Shown: positions 46,176 through 61,220, counted from the stretch's first letter. The stretch is 64,000 nt of DNA from the human T2T-CHM13v2.0 reference genome, Homo sapiens (GCF_009914755.1 NC_060935.1), one strand, 5' to 3'. The notes: generated by a model from the sequence alone, not told the origin. A program made the numbers and translations.

Positions 46176-47539
46176 CAGAGAGGGAAGCTGCCTCTCTATC
46201 CTGTCCTTGGTGGGGATAAAATGGAAAAGGATCCCTCCTCGGGCCCTGGGACCCACCTGGGGCATGTTCAGGCCTGAAACTGTTTTGGGGCGGTGAGCGC
46301 TAGGACAGGCGCAGGCTGCCAAGGAAAGATGGATGGGCTCCCGAGGCCCACAGACAGAGACGGGCAGCCACTACCGAGCTCATCCATCGGGACCCCTGTG
46401 GGATGACACTCACCTTAATCAGGCCACAAGGGCCCCGGGCCTGAGGGATGCGGGTGGCGTGGGACGGGGAGAAGCGGGTGAGCAGACGCTCCTGTAGGCT
46501 CTAAGTTGGTGTCTGGAGAGGAGTGAGAGGTTCAACCAGGGTGGCTAGGCTGTGCACTGGCCAATTCCAGTGGGCACTGAGCACTTAGCTGGCCCCTCTT
46601 AGGCCCTGACCTCCAGGCAAGTCCCAAGGTCTGTTGCTCGGACCCTGGGCTGTGCTGTGTGTGGGGAAGGACTAGCAGGAAGGGAGGAGACAGATGGAGG
46701 AGGACACTTAGGGCAGGGCCTGCAAACTGGCTCTTCCTTGCCTTTCAGGAACTCCCAGTGGCTTTCCCTTGTTTGCAGAGTGCAGTGTGACCCATCAGCT
46801 TGACTTCCGGGCCCTCTGTACCCTGGCCCAAGCCTCTCTTGCCCTCTGAGCCCCAGAGATCCTCTACATGAACCTCCCTCTCTGCGCCCTACCTCCAGCA
46901 CCCTCTGACCTCCCTGCCTGACCCCAGGTGGTTCTGCTTTCTCCCCAAAGCCTCCCTCGACTGTCTGTGTTCCTCGTCTCCGCTCATCCTTGCTGGCCGG
47001 GTTTCTGGTTGTGGCTGTTGTGTGTGTGGACGTGTTGCTAGGAATGAGGGCCTGAGTTATTGTTTATACCTGGCCTTCCTCCTCCGGGTCTAGCGCCACC
47101 CCAGCAGCAGATGCCTCAGGAAGGAAGCGACCCTGTTGTGTCCTCCCTGCTGTGACACCAGGTATAAGCAGAAACTTATGGTCACAGTCAGGACCATGGA
47201 GGAGGAGGGGCACTCAGAGATTCACCTGCCCTCTCTGAGCCCATGTGGGCACTCCCTGCCCTTCTCACCGCTCTCCTTGTAAAAGGCAGTGCTGTGCAGC
47301 AGCCTGAGGATCAGGACACTGGGACTCTAGTCCTGACACTCAGCAAATGGCAACTGCATGCTACCAGGAGCTCAGGCCAAACACCTTGGGATTGTCCTTG
47401 ACTTGCCCTTTCTCTCGTATCCTAATTGCTGTGGGCTCCACCTTTGAAACATGCACAGATCATCCTTTCTCAGTATCTGCACTGCTACTACCCCAGCGCT
47501 CCAGCCCCTAGCTGTTTGCATCTGCATAGCCCAGGCAAC

Positions 47540-47712
47540 AGACATGTGACCCCAGCCCCTCCTATGTCTGATTGCAGAGATCCAGAACCATTCAGCTAAG
47601 CCAGGCTCAGTTTCTTGACCTGCAGAAACTGTGAGAGCTAAGAAATGATTCCTGTAATTTTAAGCCACTGAGCTTGGAGGTGATTTGTTATGCAGAAATT
47701 GACAACCAGACA
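47540..47712 (+). mobile_element. Old MLT1 LTR 3' fragment
   Basis: CAGAAACTGTGAGA...TTTTAAGCCACTGAG...GTGATTTGTTATGCAG...AACCAGACA. Confidence 0.65.
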
Positions 47713-48624
47713 GATTTTGCAGAACTAGCCAGTCAACTTTCAAAGGTACTTTGTGCTCGGAACATTGAGAGGCACTGTGCTGTTTGCAAAATGCTTTCTA
47801 TACACGTTCATCTTTCTCTTTACCAGAACCCTGAACACTGGTAAGGCAGGCATTCTTAGTCCTCACTTTATAGATGAAGAAACTGAGGGTCAGAGAGGCT
47901 AAGTGATTTGGACAAGGGTACACAGCTGAAAAATGAAAGGGCCAGTCTTAGGGCCTAGGAATTCCCATGATAAGTTCAGTGCCTTCCCTGCCACCCCATG
48001 GCTGCCATTTCTTCTCACTCCCTTCACAAATGAGAACCCAAGGTGTTGGCCAAGTTTGGAGGGAGGGGTGGGTGTGATGGAGGCAAAGGGAAGGAAGACC
48101 ACATCCACAGGGTCTTGGGAGGTGGGGTGGAGGGACATTCCTGGAGAAGGAGGCTAAGTCTGGGGTAGGTGTCAAGAGACTGAGGGCTACTCTTGGCTTC
48201 TTGTATCTGCCAAAACCCAAACAGAAGCGCTCAGAAATGTTGGAGGGCCTGCGTGCGAACTCAAGGCCTGAGTCTGTAGGCAGGGAGTCAGGGCTGGGGA
48301 AGCTGGGCTCAGCCAGGGGACTGAGACATAGGTCACAAATCTAGGAGACTTCTCTCTGGGGCCTCTGGAAGCTGGGGCCAGTTCTCCAGTGCCTCAATGT
48401 CCCGGAATTGCTTCTTGGAGGCCAATGAGAGTGGGCGGAACTGAGCAATGGAGGAGGAGGCCCACCCTTGCTGTAGGGAAATGGCCAAGGAAATGCACCC
48501 CAGCCTGGGAATCCTGTCAGGGAGTGGGGTCCAGTGCTTAGCCAGAGCAGCTGCATACAGGACCACACGTGACACAGAGGCATGTGAGGCTCTGCATGTG
48601 CCTGGGCTTAAAGCCTGCTTGGCT

Positions 48625-48834
48625 GTGTGTGTGTGTGTGTGTGTGTGACAGAGAGAGAGCGAGAGAGTGTGAGAGTGTGCATGTGTAAGAGAGTGTGTGA
48701 GAGTGTGAGTGTGTGTGAGTGTGAGTGTGTGTGAGACAGTGTGAGTGTGTGTGTGACAGTGTGAGTGTCTGTGTGACAGGGTGTGTGTGTGAGAGAGAGA
48801 GAGAGCGAGAAAGAGTAAGACAGAGAGAGAGAGA
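48625..48834. repeat. Mixed (TG)n/(GA)n/(TGAG)n tract
   Basis: Directly visible. Confidence 0.92.
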
Positions 48835-50386
48835 CTCCCTTTTCCCCAAAATGTCACCAAGGGGGGTCATTTTCTGTGTGCCTGCCATCTCTGTTCCCAG
48901 TCACCAGCATATTGCAAGTCAAAGGGAGGCCTTTCCGGTAATTTGAGCATTTCCAACAAATAACTCTGGTCTCCCAGTGCACCAGCCTACAGTGGCCGCA
49001 GGGCCACAACGCACTCTTCCCAGAGCTGCTAGAGCTCACCTCTGCTCTTCAGCTCAGATTCTAGTTGGCATCTGTTATCACAGGGAACTCTCTCTGGATG
49101 GAGATGCTCAAGCTCAGAGAAGTGAGCAAACTCTCTTCTGGTTGCACAGCGGGCTCTCAGCCTTCCCACTTCTGGTAAGCTGCTTGAACTGAGAAGTCAC
49201 TGATTTTTCTCACCAGATGAAGAAGCCACGCCAGTGCACATGGATGCATGCCTACTAATGTTCAGCCCCACCTCCAGGTGCTCTCTTGGGGAGGGAGGGG
49301 CCCCTATACCGGTCCTGGGTGGGAGTTTAGTGTAGCTCCTCCTTCAGTCACCAAGCACTTTCTCTGTGCCAAGCCTGGGCCTGAGCCTGGAGATTCCAAG
49401 AGGATTAAGCCATGGTCTCTGATCCCCAGAGAGTTTGTGGGCCCCCGTGGAATACACACAGCCCCTTCCTAACCTTCCTAGAGGCCCTGCAGATAAGTGA
49501 GTCAGGCATCTGGCTCAGTAAAAAGTGTCTTCTCCATTTTATGGACAAGGAAGCAGAGGCTCAGAGAGGGTAAATGACTTGCCCCAAATCACACAGCCAG
49601 TAAGCCTGCTTAGTAGCTCTACTGCATCACACTGGTCTGGACCAAGCTGATTGAGTGAAAGGGGGCAGAGTTGGGGTGGCCATCAAACCCCTAAAACCCG
49701 AGGAGGGGAAGAGAGGGGTAGCACAAAAGAGGATTTACTTTCTTCCCCCAAAATGATGTCATCAGCTAAGACAAAAAGAAAAAGAAAACGCCCATTTTCT
49801 CACTCCAAGTTTCCCCCTCATTAATTTTAATCTAATTTGCTCATAACATTCCTCAGTAAACAGCAGCCTCTCTTTAATAAGCCAGGCTCTTCCCCCCGAC
49901 CCTGCGATTGTGTTCCTAATCAGCCAGTGTATCAGGAAAGACCTGCTGCTAATTGTCGCTAGGCATCACACTATCCTGTCTGTCAGGTAAGGGGTGGCAG
50001 CGAGAGATAATTATAATCAGATCTAATTAGTAATTATAACAGATCCCGACTAGAAATTGTTTTCAGTTAAATATTCCCAGAGAGGTGCTAATGGTCTCCG
50101 GGGCATGCCAAGTGTCACAGCCAGGAGGGGAAGGGGCCCGTGACCTGGCACCCTGTGACGACAAGCAGAGGAGACTCAGTGATGAGAGGAATGGTGTGTC
50201 CATGGGGACAGAGCTGGCCTGGCGTCCCAGTATCCTGCTTCCTGGGAGGAGCACCTTCCCTTCTGCACCTAAGGTTGAGTCCCCCTCCCACAGGAGCACC
50301 TGCGTGGGCCCTCAGTAAATGCCAGTTCTTCACAGGCTCAGGACCTCGACGCACGGAAACTTCTGGATCATTAAAGAAGCTGTGTG

Positions 50387-50672
50387 GGCCAGGTGCAGTG
50401 GGTCCGCCTGTAATCCCAGCACTTTGGGAGGTGGAGGCGGGTGGATCACCTGAGGTCATGAGTTTGAGACCAGCTTGGGCAACATGGCCAGCATTTAATG
50501 CAAAAATTAGCCAGGTGTGGTGGCACATGCCTGTAATCCCAGCTACTCGGAGGTAGAGGCATGAGAATCACCTGAACCTGGGAGACGGAAGTTGCAGTGA
50601 GCCGAGATTGTGCCACTGCACCCCAGCCTGGACAACAGAGCAAGACTCCGTTTCAAAAAAAAAAAAAAAAAA
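50387..50672 (+). mobile_element. AluS with a deletion at the end of the left arm
   Basis: Both arms and an A tail; TSD AAGCTGTG. Confidence 0.9.
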
Positions 50673-51734
50673 AGCTGTGCGTTGCTCAGGCAGCATGGGA
50701 TATTTCTGCTGGAATCGTCATTGCATTGAATGGGATTAAAGGCTTTACCTAGGAGTCCCCTGGCTAACAAAAATCCATCGGGTGACTCTCCGCCCCACTT
50801 TAGTGCCTCCTGCCTCGGGACTTCCCCTTTCTTTTTCATCGTTAGTAAGCATCTGCAAACTCCCGGTTGCCCTACTTACTTTCTGTTAACAGGACCTAAC
50901 TACCCAACACTTCCCTGCCTTCAGATTCATGCCCCATACCCTGCATGGTTCTGTTCCTGGGACCCTCGGATCAGGCGATGAGCTCTCTTAAACACCTAGG
51001 ACGGCTCCACACTGCCCACAGCCAAATTCAGATGCTCCAGCGTGGCTCAAAGCCCTTTCCACTGAGCCCCAACCTGTTGACTGGGCTGACATCCGACTAC
51101 ACTTGCTCAAGCATTGCACGCCAAACATCCCAAACGCTCACGTTAGGGAGTGGGGGCAGGGTGGGCGTCTATCTTTCTGTGCCTTTGATTTTGTTGCTAT
51201 GATTACGTTTTCATTTTCCAGCTGCTAAAATCCTACCCATTCTACCAAGGGAGAGTTCGGTAGTTACTGAAGTCTTGTTACTGAAGTCTTGTGAAGTCAT
51301 CCCAGATTTTCTGAGTTGAAATGAACACTTCCTCAGTATTGTGCTTATATATTCGAGGGCTTCTTTTATCCTGCCTGGGATGGTAGTGAGTTGTTTATGT
51401 CTTCTCCCTCCTTTGGCAGTAAACTCCTTGAGGGCACAGAGGGCATTTTGCTATTTCTGCATCTTCCCATTGGGTCTGATACAATGCTTTTGCACATCGT
51501 AAGCATTTAATAAAGATGTGAAGGATAAACGAGTGAATGTATTAATGGGAAGCTTCTACCCACTGACTGCACTATGATTTCAATGTAAATGCTTCTGGGA
51601 AGCCGACCTCTAGTTCCCCAGGTCCAGATCCTTGAACCTGTCTTTATTATTAGATGCTGTTGGGTTGTCGGAGTATGATTAGGTGGAATTTGGCCAGTAG
51701 TTGCAGGAATCTCAGCCTCCCCAAAGCCACCTGA

Positions 51735-51830
51735 TGTGAGGCTAGCGTGACTGACTGAGGAGCTGTATTTTTAGTCTTATTTAACTTGAATTAATTTAAA
51801 TTTAAATAGCCACTGTGGCTAGTGGCTTGG
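51735..51830 (+). mobile_element. MER3-like hAT fragment
   Basis: GACTGAGGA...AATTAATTTAAATTTAAATAGCCAC...GTGGCTAGTGGCT. Confidence 0.65.
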
Positions 51831-51963
51831 TGCATCTCAGCTGAGAGACCTTGGAGCCACCACTATGTAGGGCAGCCTGGAGAGTCCAGACTCAAAGCCT
51901 GCTTGGTGTCTGGTGAGCCTGGCTACAAGCGACTCACATTAATTTAGTTGAAAAACAGGATGT

Positions 51964-52290
<327 letters not shown>

Positions 52291-55096
52291 TCACTGCATT
52301 CTTATTTTTTTCAGTGCTGATACCAGATCAGCATACTCATAACTCTGTTAACCAGAATGGGAGACTAAGTGGGGAAATGCCACGCTCTGACCATGTGAGG
52401 AGTTCAAGTATAATTTACTTCATTCACAGCTTCTCGAATGGCTGCTGCTGGTCTGTTGCATTTGTCCACCTGTTTGCATCTGCATGCGGATCCCAAATGT
52501 CAGCCTTTCCCCTTCTGACGCCCTCCACCCGCTGCCGAGACATCTCCGTGTAGCTTTCCTGGCTCTGCCTCTCCCAGCCTCCTCCTCTGGGTTTCATTTC
52601 CTTGCTGTGAGCCTTGTGCGAGGCAGGATATCTCCAGTGCAAGGACACTACTGGTGGACAGCTGGTCCGTCCCACACTTTTCTCTGCACGTCTGAGGAGT
52701 CCAGGAGGACTGGCTGAGGCTGCAGGCAGGAAGCTCAGTTGGGTGAACCCAGGCAAACCCAGGAGTCAGCCTGGCTCTGGCCCTAGCTTGAACGCCTCGG
52801 TTGTAGTTCTAAAGCCTATTCATTTCCTCCATGTTCACATCTTTAAGAGGGGAAGACGGGGCTGCAGAGGGAGAGGAGCCAGCTTGGGGCCTGGGGTGCA
52901 GTCTTAGAGACTAAGGAGGCTCCTCTGGGGAGCGAGGGTGCCCAGGTGGGGAAGGCAGAGCGCAGGTCGAGCAGATTCTACCGCAGCCCGTCCTGGGTCC
53001 TGTTGATGTGCTACACATTGCAGGGAGCATTTTCATCCCAGGCGGTGCGTGACAAAGCTAGGATTTGAACCCAGGCTGTTCAACTCCAAGTTCTGGGCTC
53101 TTTAAAATAGGGCAGTTATTAGCAGGGAAGGAACACACTGCCCACTCATCTATGACAAATCAATTAATTTGTCCAAATTCCACTCATGCTTTCAAACTCA
53201 CTTAAACCCTCCTTAAAGCCTACACTTGCCAACTCGCCTGGCCCTGGGCACTGCTTGCCTCTGCCTGCCTTTGCCTCCTTTTCCCGCTTCTGTTCCTAGT
53301 TCAACCCCCACCCACATTGTGAGCTCCCTGAAGGCAGGTCCATGTCTGGGGTGGGCCAGGTGAGGGGTGGAAAACATCGATACCAGTGACTTACATGCAC
53401 CCAGGTGCCAAGGTAAGCACGGACGAGTGGGGACTGGTGGGCCACATCCCGCCCAAGGGAGCAGCCATTACATAATTGTTTGCAAGCAGGCAAACAGGCA
53501 TAAACTGACCAGGTCTTTGTAAGAGAAGCCAGAAATCAGAATTTTTTTTTAATATAAAACCCCCCAGAATCTTAAACATGGATAATGAATGTAAAAAACT
53601 CTACAGATACTCCGGAAGCTAACCGGATCCATCCATGTGCCTGCCCTGGCCTCCCCTTAATTGTCAGCTGCTGCATATGAATCCAGGTTCAGCCATTCAA
53701 AAGTTCTCTGCCCACTTGAAAAGGGTCTCACCTTGGGCAGATCTCATGCTGCCTAGCACAGGGGATGCATCCACTCACCGCACTGGACCAGCACACCAGC
53801 TAGGGAAGCACAGTTTGAGAGCTCCTGGGACCTGTCCTGGCTGTGCTGCCCACAGCCCCTCCTCCACTCCTCCTGGCAAGAGGAAACAGGACAGCTCCTC
53901 CTGCCCAGGCACAGTCAGAAGAAGCTGTCCCTTCTGGGCAGGCACACCTCAGAGGGAAAGCAATTCAATTAAGCCCTGGTTCACAGCGAGTGCTAAAAAC
54001 CTCCCTCTGGAGAACCATTTTCTGCTATAGATTTTTAAGACCAGCAGCTGGAGAATCACTCTTCCTTTTTCTCTTTTGGTGCTGTGTCTCTCTAGTCAAT
54101 AAATAAGTGGGAAATAAAGTATTTGCAAGAAAATAGAATGCAGTCGAAAGGTAAATTGTGGACTTAAAAGCCCCTAAGAGACTGGCGCAGACTTGGAAAT
54201 GTTTCCTAGTTTGACACCTCTTGCTTCTCTAAGCCCAGCTTCTGGCTCTCCGATTTGCATCTCCAAAAGGTGATCTTTAAAACTGATTTCCTTCAGTTGC
54301 ATTTCATTGGTGTAGAAACTAAGCAGGCTGTTGCATTACAGTAATAACATCAACATTTCACCTGCCTTCGCCTTAATTATTTTTCTCTCTTGCGATGGAA
54401 TCCATTTAATAAGATTTACAGGTGGCAAGGAGGTGGGGTGAGCTGGTGTGCGGCTCAGATAATCGGCCAAGCTGATTTCTCCCTCATTGGGTGTCACCAG
54501 TATAAAAACATGAACTAAAAGCTTTGCAGCGCTTAAGTAATAATAATGTCAGCATTTCACCTGCCTCCCCTTGATTATTTTTCCTCCCTCGTTCTTGCCA
54601 CCTGAACCTGTTTAGATAAGATTGCCACACAGATAGAAACCAAGGGCTCTCATTCTCTTAGATAAGCTGCTGTTTTTCTATGGTTTGGTGTGAAAAGGGA
54701 GTGTTGCTGGCAGAAAGGCTCTGTCTCAGATCTTCCTGGTGGGGGGCGTCCGAGCCTGTGGATCCTGGGTGGACCAAAGGCAGCAATGGAGTAGGGGGCA
54801 GGTGGCTGTTAAGGTGGATGTGGGCACTCGGGTAGGTACCCTGGCCTGGGAGCAGAGGAGGAACCATCTCTAAACATCTGCTCTCTCCCCTAGATGCCCC
54901 TAGGGGATCCAGGCAGGGACGAATGGGTTTCATTTGTTGAGGGGGAGGGGTTCTGATTATGCAGCACTAGGCAAGTCTCCAGTGTGGTATAAAAAACATT
55001 TGGGTAGCCCTAGCTTTACAACTAGTTAGCTGGGTGGCCATGGGGAAGGAACCCAACCCTTCTGAGCCATAGTTTCCTAAAAACAAAGAGGTGGTT

Positions 55097-55509
55097 TGCT
55101 GTGGACTGAATGTTTGTGATGGCCTCCGGCTGCAGTTAATATATTGCAACTCTAACCTCCATTGTGATGATGTGGGAGGTAATTAGGGTTAGATACTGGG
55201 AGGTAATTAAGCTCATCAGGGTGGAACCCTCCTGATGGAATTAGTGCCCTTGAAAGAGGAAGAGAGAGAATCTCCCTCTCCCTCTTTCCCTCCCTCTCCT
55301 TCTCTCTCTGTCTCTCTCTCTCCTTCCTTCCTTCCCTCTCTCTCTTTCTCCCTTTATCTCCCTCTTCCTCTTTCTCCCTCTCCCTCTTTCTCCCATGCTG
55401 GAACCCTTAACTCAAACTTCCAGGCTCCAGACACAGTCTGGAGAAATAAATGCTTGTTGTTTAAGCCACCCAGTCTATAGTATTTGTTATAGCAGCCTGA
55501 GCTAAGACA
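55097..55509 (+). mobile_element. MLT1A-like MaLR solo LTR with internal CT-rich expansion
   Basis: TGCTGTGGACTGAATGTTTGTG...ATTAGTGCCCTT...TTTAAGCCACCCAGTCTATAG...GCTAAGACA. Confidence 0.85.
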
Positions 55510-56760
55510 TTGGTCTGGATTATCTTAAATTTTAAACTTTAAACTTTTGGGGACTTACTGAATGACTCCTTTGAGAATGTGAAACCACTCCCCAGAAATG
55601 TGCACATATATTCTGAATATTGCGTCCAAGCTTTGTAGGGATAAAAGGCCCCACACCAAAAACCTTGGCATCATCTGTGACCCCTCTCTTTCTCTCATAG
55701 TAACTGTCCACTATCTCTGCTGCTGCTATTCCAGCCTGAGTCCCTCATCTCTTCTCTGTATTACTGCAAGAGCCTCTTAACAGAGGCTCTTGTCTTCCCT
55801 TGTCCTCTTATGGTCTCTTCTCAACCTAGCAGCCAGGGTGAGTCTTTTAAAATATCACTCAGATCCCATCGATCCTCTATTGAGAACCCTTCCATGAGTG
55901 ATTTTCTCTTCAAATAGAAATTTGGCTCTAAGATCCACAGCTGACTTCGTCACTTCTATGAGTCTTTGTTTACACAAAGTCAGCTTCTAGAGGAAAAATA
56001 TGAATTGACCTATATCAAGTAAAGAGATTGGACTAATAAAAATCTTCCCATAAAGAAAGCCCTAGACCCAGATGGCATCATTGGTGAATTCTATCAAATA
56101 ATATCAATCCTTTGTGAAATCTTCTAGAAAATAGAGGAGGAATAAACACTTCCCTACTCATCCTACAAAACCAGTGTTACCTGATACTAAAGCCAGACAG
56201 ACATAATAAGAAAAGAGAACTATAGACTATTGTCCATCATGAATTTAGATAAAAACCCTTTAAGATATTAGCAAACTGAATCCAGCAACATATAAAAAAA
56301 GATTATATGCCATGACCACATGGGATTTTTATCCCAGGAATTCAAGGTTGGCTTAACATCTGAAAATCAATTACTGTAATACACTATATTAATAGAGTAA
56401 TAAATAAAACTATATTATCATCTCAATAGATGCAGAAAAAAACATTTCACAAAACCCAACACGATGTGTAGTAAAAACTCTCAACAAAGTAGGAACAGAT
56501 GAAAACTTCCTCAACCTGATATAGGTCACCAGTGAAACATTTTCTGCTAACATTATACTTTAAAATAGTGAAAGATTGGATGCTTTCCCCTAAGATTGGA
56601 AACAAAGCCAGAATGTCTGCTCTCACCATTTCTATTCAGCATTGTACTGTAAGTTCTAGCCAGTGCAATAAGACAAAAATGCATTAGGTTGGAAAAGACA
56701 AAGTAAAACTATCTTTCTTCACAGACAAAATGCTCCTGTATGCAGAAAATCTTAAATTTA

Positions 56761-57095
<335 letters not shown>

Positions 57096-58283
57096 TTAGC
57101 AAGATCCAACAGTCATACACAAAAATTAATTGTGTGTATATATAGATACACCATCTATATATAATCTTAGCAATGAACAATCCAAAAATGAAATTAAGAA
57201 AATTTCATTCACAGTAGCATCAAAAATAATAAAATGCTTAGGGATAAATTTATCAAAGGAAGTACAAGATGTACACTGAGAACTAGAAAACACTGCTGAG
57301 AAAAATTGAAGACGTAAAAAAATAAAGAGGCATTCCATGTTCATGGATGGGAATACTCAATATTGTTAAGGTGGCAATTAATTCTAAATTGATCTATAGC
57401 TTTCACGCAATTCCTATCAAAATTCCAGCAACCATTTTTTTGCAGATGTTGACAGACTAGTCCTAAAATTCATATGAAAATGCAAAGGACCTAAAATAGC
57501 TGGAACCATTTTGAAATTCACTGTGGGAAAGGATAGTCTTTTTAAACAAATGATGTCGGAACAATTGGATATCTGTATGCAAAAATGAATTTAGGGCCTT
57601 CACAAATCACTAAAACTTAAAATGCACCAAGATTAAATATAAAAACTAAACTTGTAAAACTTATGGGAGAAAATACAGTAGTAAATCTTTGTGACCTTTG
57701 ATTAGGCAGAGTTCTTAGAGACAATATCAAAAACACAATCTATAAGAAAAAATTATCAAACTGAACTTGATTAAAATTAAAAGTTTTTGTGCTTCATAAG
57801 ACACCATTAAGTAAACGAAAAGGCAAACTACAAACTGAGAGAAAATATTTGCAAGTCGTATATCTGGTAAAGGACTTGTATCCTGGCTATAAAGAACTCC
57901 TATAACATAGTAAGACAAATGATTCTATTTAAAAATAGGCAAAATATTTGAATAGACATTTTACCAAAGAAGATACACAAATGGATAATTATCACATCAA
58001 AACATGCTCAACATCCTTATTCATTAGGGGAATGCAAATTAAAACCATAATGGATACCACTTGAAACCTGTAACAGTGTTGGCAAGGATGTAGAGAAACT
58101 GGAATGCTCATTTATTGCTGGTGGGAATGGATACAGCCACTTTGGAAAACAGCATGGCAGTTTCTTAACAAGTTGAGCATAAACTTTCCATATTATGTAG
58201 CCATTCCACTACTAGGAATCTACTCATGAAAAGTGAAAACATATAGCCACACACAGACTTGTTTGTGAATGTTCATAGCAACA

Positions 58284-58431
58284 ATTTTTTTTTTTTGTTT
58301 TTGGTATTTTTAGTAGAGATTGGATTTTGCCATGTTGGCCAAACTGGTCTTGAACTCCTGGCCTCAAGTGATCCACGTGTCTCAGCCTCCCAGAGTGCTG
58401 GGATTACAGGTGTAAACCACCACACCTGGCC
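58284..58431 (-). mobile_element. Alu left monomer (FLAM-like) inserted in the L1
   Basis: Poly-T plus a single antisense left arm ending CCTGGCC. Confidence 0.85.
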
Positions 58432-61220
58432 AGCAGCATTCTTTATAATAGCCCCAAACTGGAAACAATCCGACTGTCTGCCGACTGGCGAATGGATAAA
58501 CAGAATGTGGTATATCCATATAATGGAATACTATTCAGCAATAAAAAGAAGTGAACTACAGATACATGCTACAATACAGACAAATCTCAAACACATTTTT
58601 CCAAGAGAAAGGGGCTAGACACACAAGGCCACATATGATATGATTCTACTCATACCATATATCCAGAAAAGCCAAATCCAAGAAGCACTGCATTGGTTGC
58701 CTGAGACTGGGTGGGAGTGAGGATTGACAAGGGATCGTTTTAGGGTGATGAAAATGTTCTAATACTGGATTGTGGGGGTGGTTGCACAACTCTATAAATT
58801 TATTAAAAATAATTGAGTTGTACACTTAAAATGGATGAATTTAATGATAATGTAGAGTTTACCCAAATAAAGCTGTTAAAAAATAAGGGGAAAGAAAAAG
58901 GCCACTTCCCCATGAGGTCTATTCCAACCTCTCAACACCTCCTTTCCCTAGGAAACCCAACCCCTCACACTCTGCTCTACTTTTTTTGAATAGCATTGAT
59001 CACCTTCTAATACACTATAAAGTTTTCTTGTTATGTTTTTCGTCTAACTCCCTCCGCTACAATATGGTTCGCGGAGGTAGGAGTTTCAAGTCTGTTTTCA
59101 TCGCTAATGTATATTCTCAGGGTCTAGAACAGTACCTGGCATGTGGAAGGCACATATACAGATGCTGAAAGATGAAATGAATGAAGAATTCTGGATTAAA
59201 GGGCTCCTTCATCTCTAAAATTATCTAATCAAAGGTTTTTGAGGGTCTTTCTGGCATCTTCTTGTGTTTCTTAGCAGACCTGTTGCCCAGGCCATGTTGG
59301 CATTTTGGGCTGAACCTGGACGTGAGACGGGGAAGTCCCGGGGGACCCTGGCTAGGGCTCAGCGTTGTCTGGAAGAGTAAGAGGACCAGCTCTCCCTTGC
59401 CCATGCCTCGTGCTGCCTCTAGCTATTTCCTTTGTTGACCTTAGTTGACGCATCTTTAAAATGAGTTCTCTCCAGCAGCCTAGTGACTTCGTTTGTGTGC
59501 GACAAAGGGGAAGGGAGCAGTGGGATTGGGGGTAGGGCAGAGATAGTCCTTCCTGGGGGGTGGCTGTGTGGCCATCAGCCTTCTCCTCCCTTTCTTGCCT
59601 GCACCACTGAAGCTGCTGGGTGATCTCTCAGCTGCTAACATTGTTTCTGACATATTTTCACATGAAAACCTCTTCCTTTATATAAACATTTATAAACACC
59701 TGGATCGACTTGTGAAAGTGTGACACATTTTTTGGAAGCCAGTTTTTTCGGGTTGTGGGACTCAGCTATTTATTTTTGTGAGATGGAGGCTTCTGGGTGC
59801 CTATGAACCTCCCCCTTGGAAAAACCTCCTTCACACGGACAGAACAATTTAGAGGCTCAGAGTGATGGAGAAAGACGCGGCAGGTGGCCGCCCAGAGGAT
59901 GATACTGAATGGGATGGCAAATGAATGCTGCGGGTCTCGGGGCTCCCCAGGTCCATCTGAGGAGGAGGGGCTGCCAGGAAGGGTTTTTGGAAGCCTTGGG
60001 TTTGCTCTTCGAGCCGACTCCCCGATTCCATGAGCCCTGGGATGGTGGAAGGGTTCAAGCAGGGCTCCTGGAGTTCCCAGGGGCTAGGAAGAAACCTGTT
60101 TCATAGTGATGATTTTAGGGGGAGTCAGGCAGCAGAGAGAGTGGAGTTTGGAAAAGAGGAGGGGCATAATTGAGCATAAAGGGCCAGGGTTTCAGAGCCA
60201 GAAGCGACTGCATTCAGATTCTCGTTCTTTACCTTTCTTGTGTGTGACCTTGGGCAAGGTAATGAGCCTCTATGTCTCAGCTTCCTCGTCCGTAAAAGGG
60301 GACACGGGACCTGCCTGGCAGAGCTGGTCAGAGGGCAGATGAAGGCATGCGAGTGGGTTCCTCAGCACAGTGCCTGTCATAGAGTGGCAGCTCACCAGCG
60401 TCACCCTTGCCCTTCTCTCTTCTCTCCACTCGAGCAACTCACAAGCTGCCCTTTCTGTGCATAGAAGGTGTGGCTGAACTTAGATCTCCTCATCCCTGCC
60501 TAGTGGGGCACATGCAGGGTGCAGCTCCCGGAGTCTGGGACCATCAGGACCTCTGAATGGGGGCTTTGAAGCTGTGTCCAGTCCCTGTCTTTCCTAGTAC
60601 CTATCAGAACTTCTCATGAGTGAAAGCCAGTCTCCTAGGCATGAGCATCTTATCTCTGATGAACCCCCCAGCTTTTTGCTCTGACATCATGCCACCGTTT
60701 CTCATCATTTCATGGGATATACCTTCTGCTCCTGCTGGGGACCCTCACTCACAAGCCCTGTTCTGCCTGGACTGATTCTCACCTTGCTCTTTCACCCAGG
60801 TGAACTCTCAGTCTTGGAATGCCCTCACCCCTCCTTCATACTCAATCACGTCTCTGCCACCCTCCAAGCTTGGCTTCAGGTGGAGTTCCTCCAGGAAGGT
60901 AGCTGTGTTGAACACTCACTGCCTGACCTTTTCACGTTCTGTCCAAACTCTGAGACATTATTTTAGCTGGTATGTAGGTCATGAGGTTGACATTAGGAAG
61001 AACATATCAGGTTCTCCATCCTCTTTTTTCCTTTTTTTCCCCAGCCATTCTGTGTGTGTTCATAAATGTGACATTCCCATGATGGACCCAGATTTTGCCA
61101 GCAGTTTGCAGAATGGTAAAGTTTTGAATTAAAGTCAACAGCTTCCAACTATCTGTCACTTTCCTGCCTTGTGGCATCCTGCCACCACAGAGGCACCAAC
61201 ATATCTCAGCACTCAAATTG

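Noticed and set aside
47090-47110. Partial CTCF-like motifs (also near 8425, 11808 and 59878)
   Set aside because: Only the 3' half matches, with several mismatches in the core.
51263-51297. 14-bp tandem duplication (also a 12-bp one near 44587)
   Set aside because: Ordinary replication-slippage events with no functional context.
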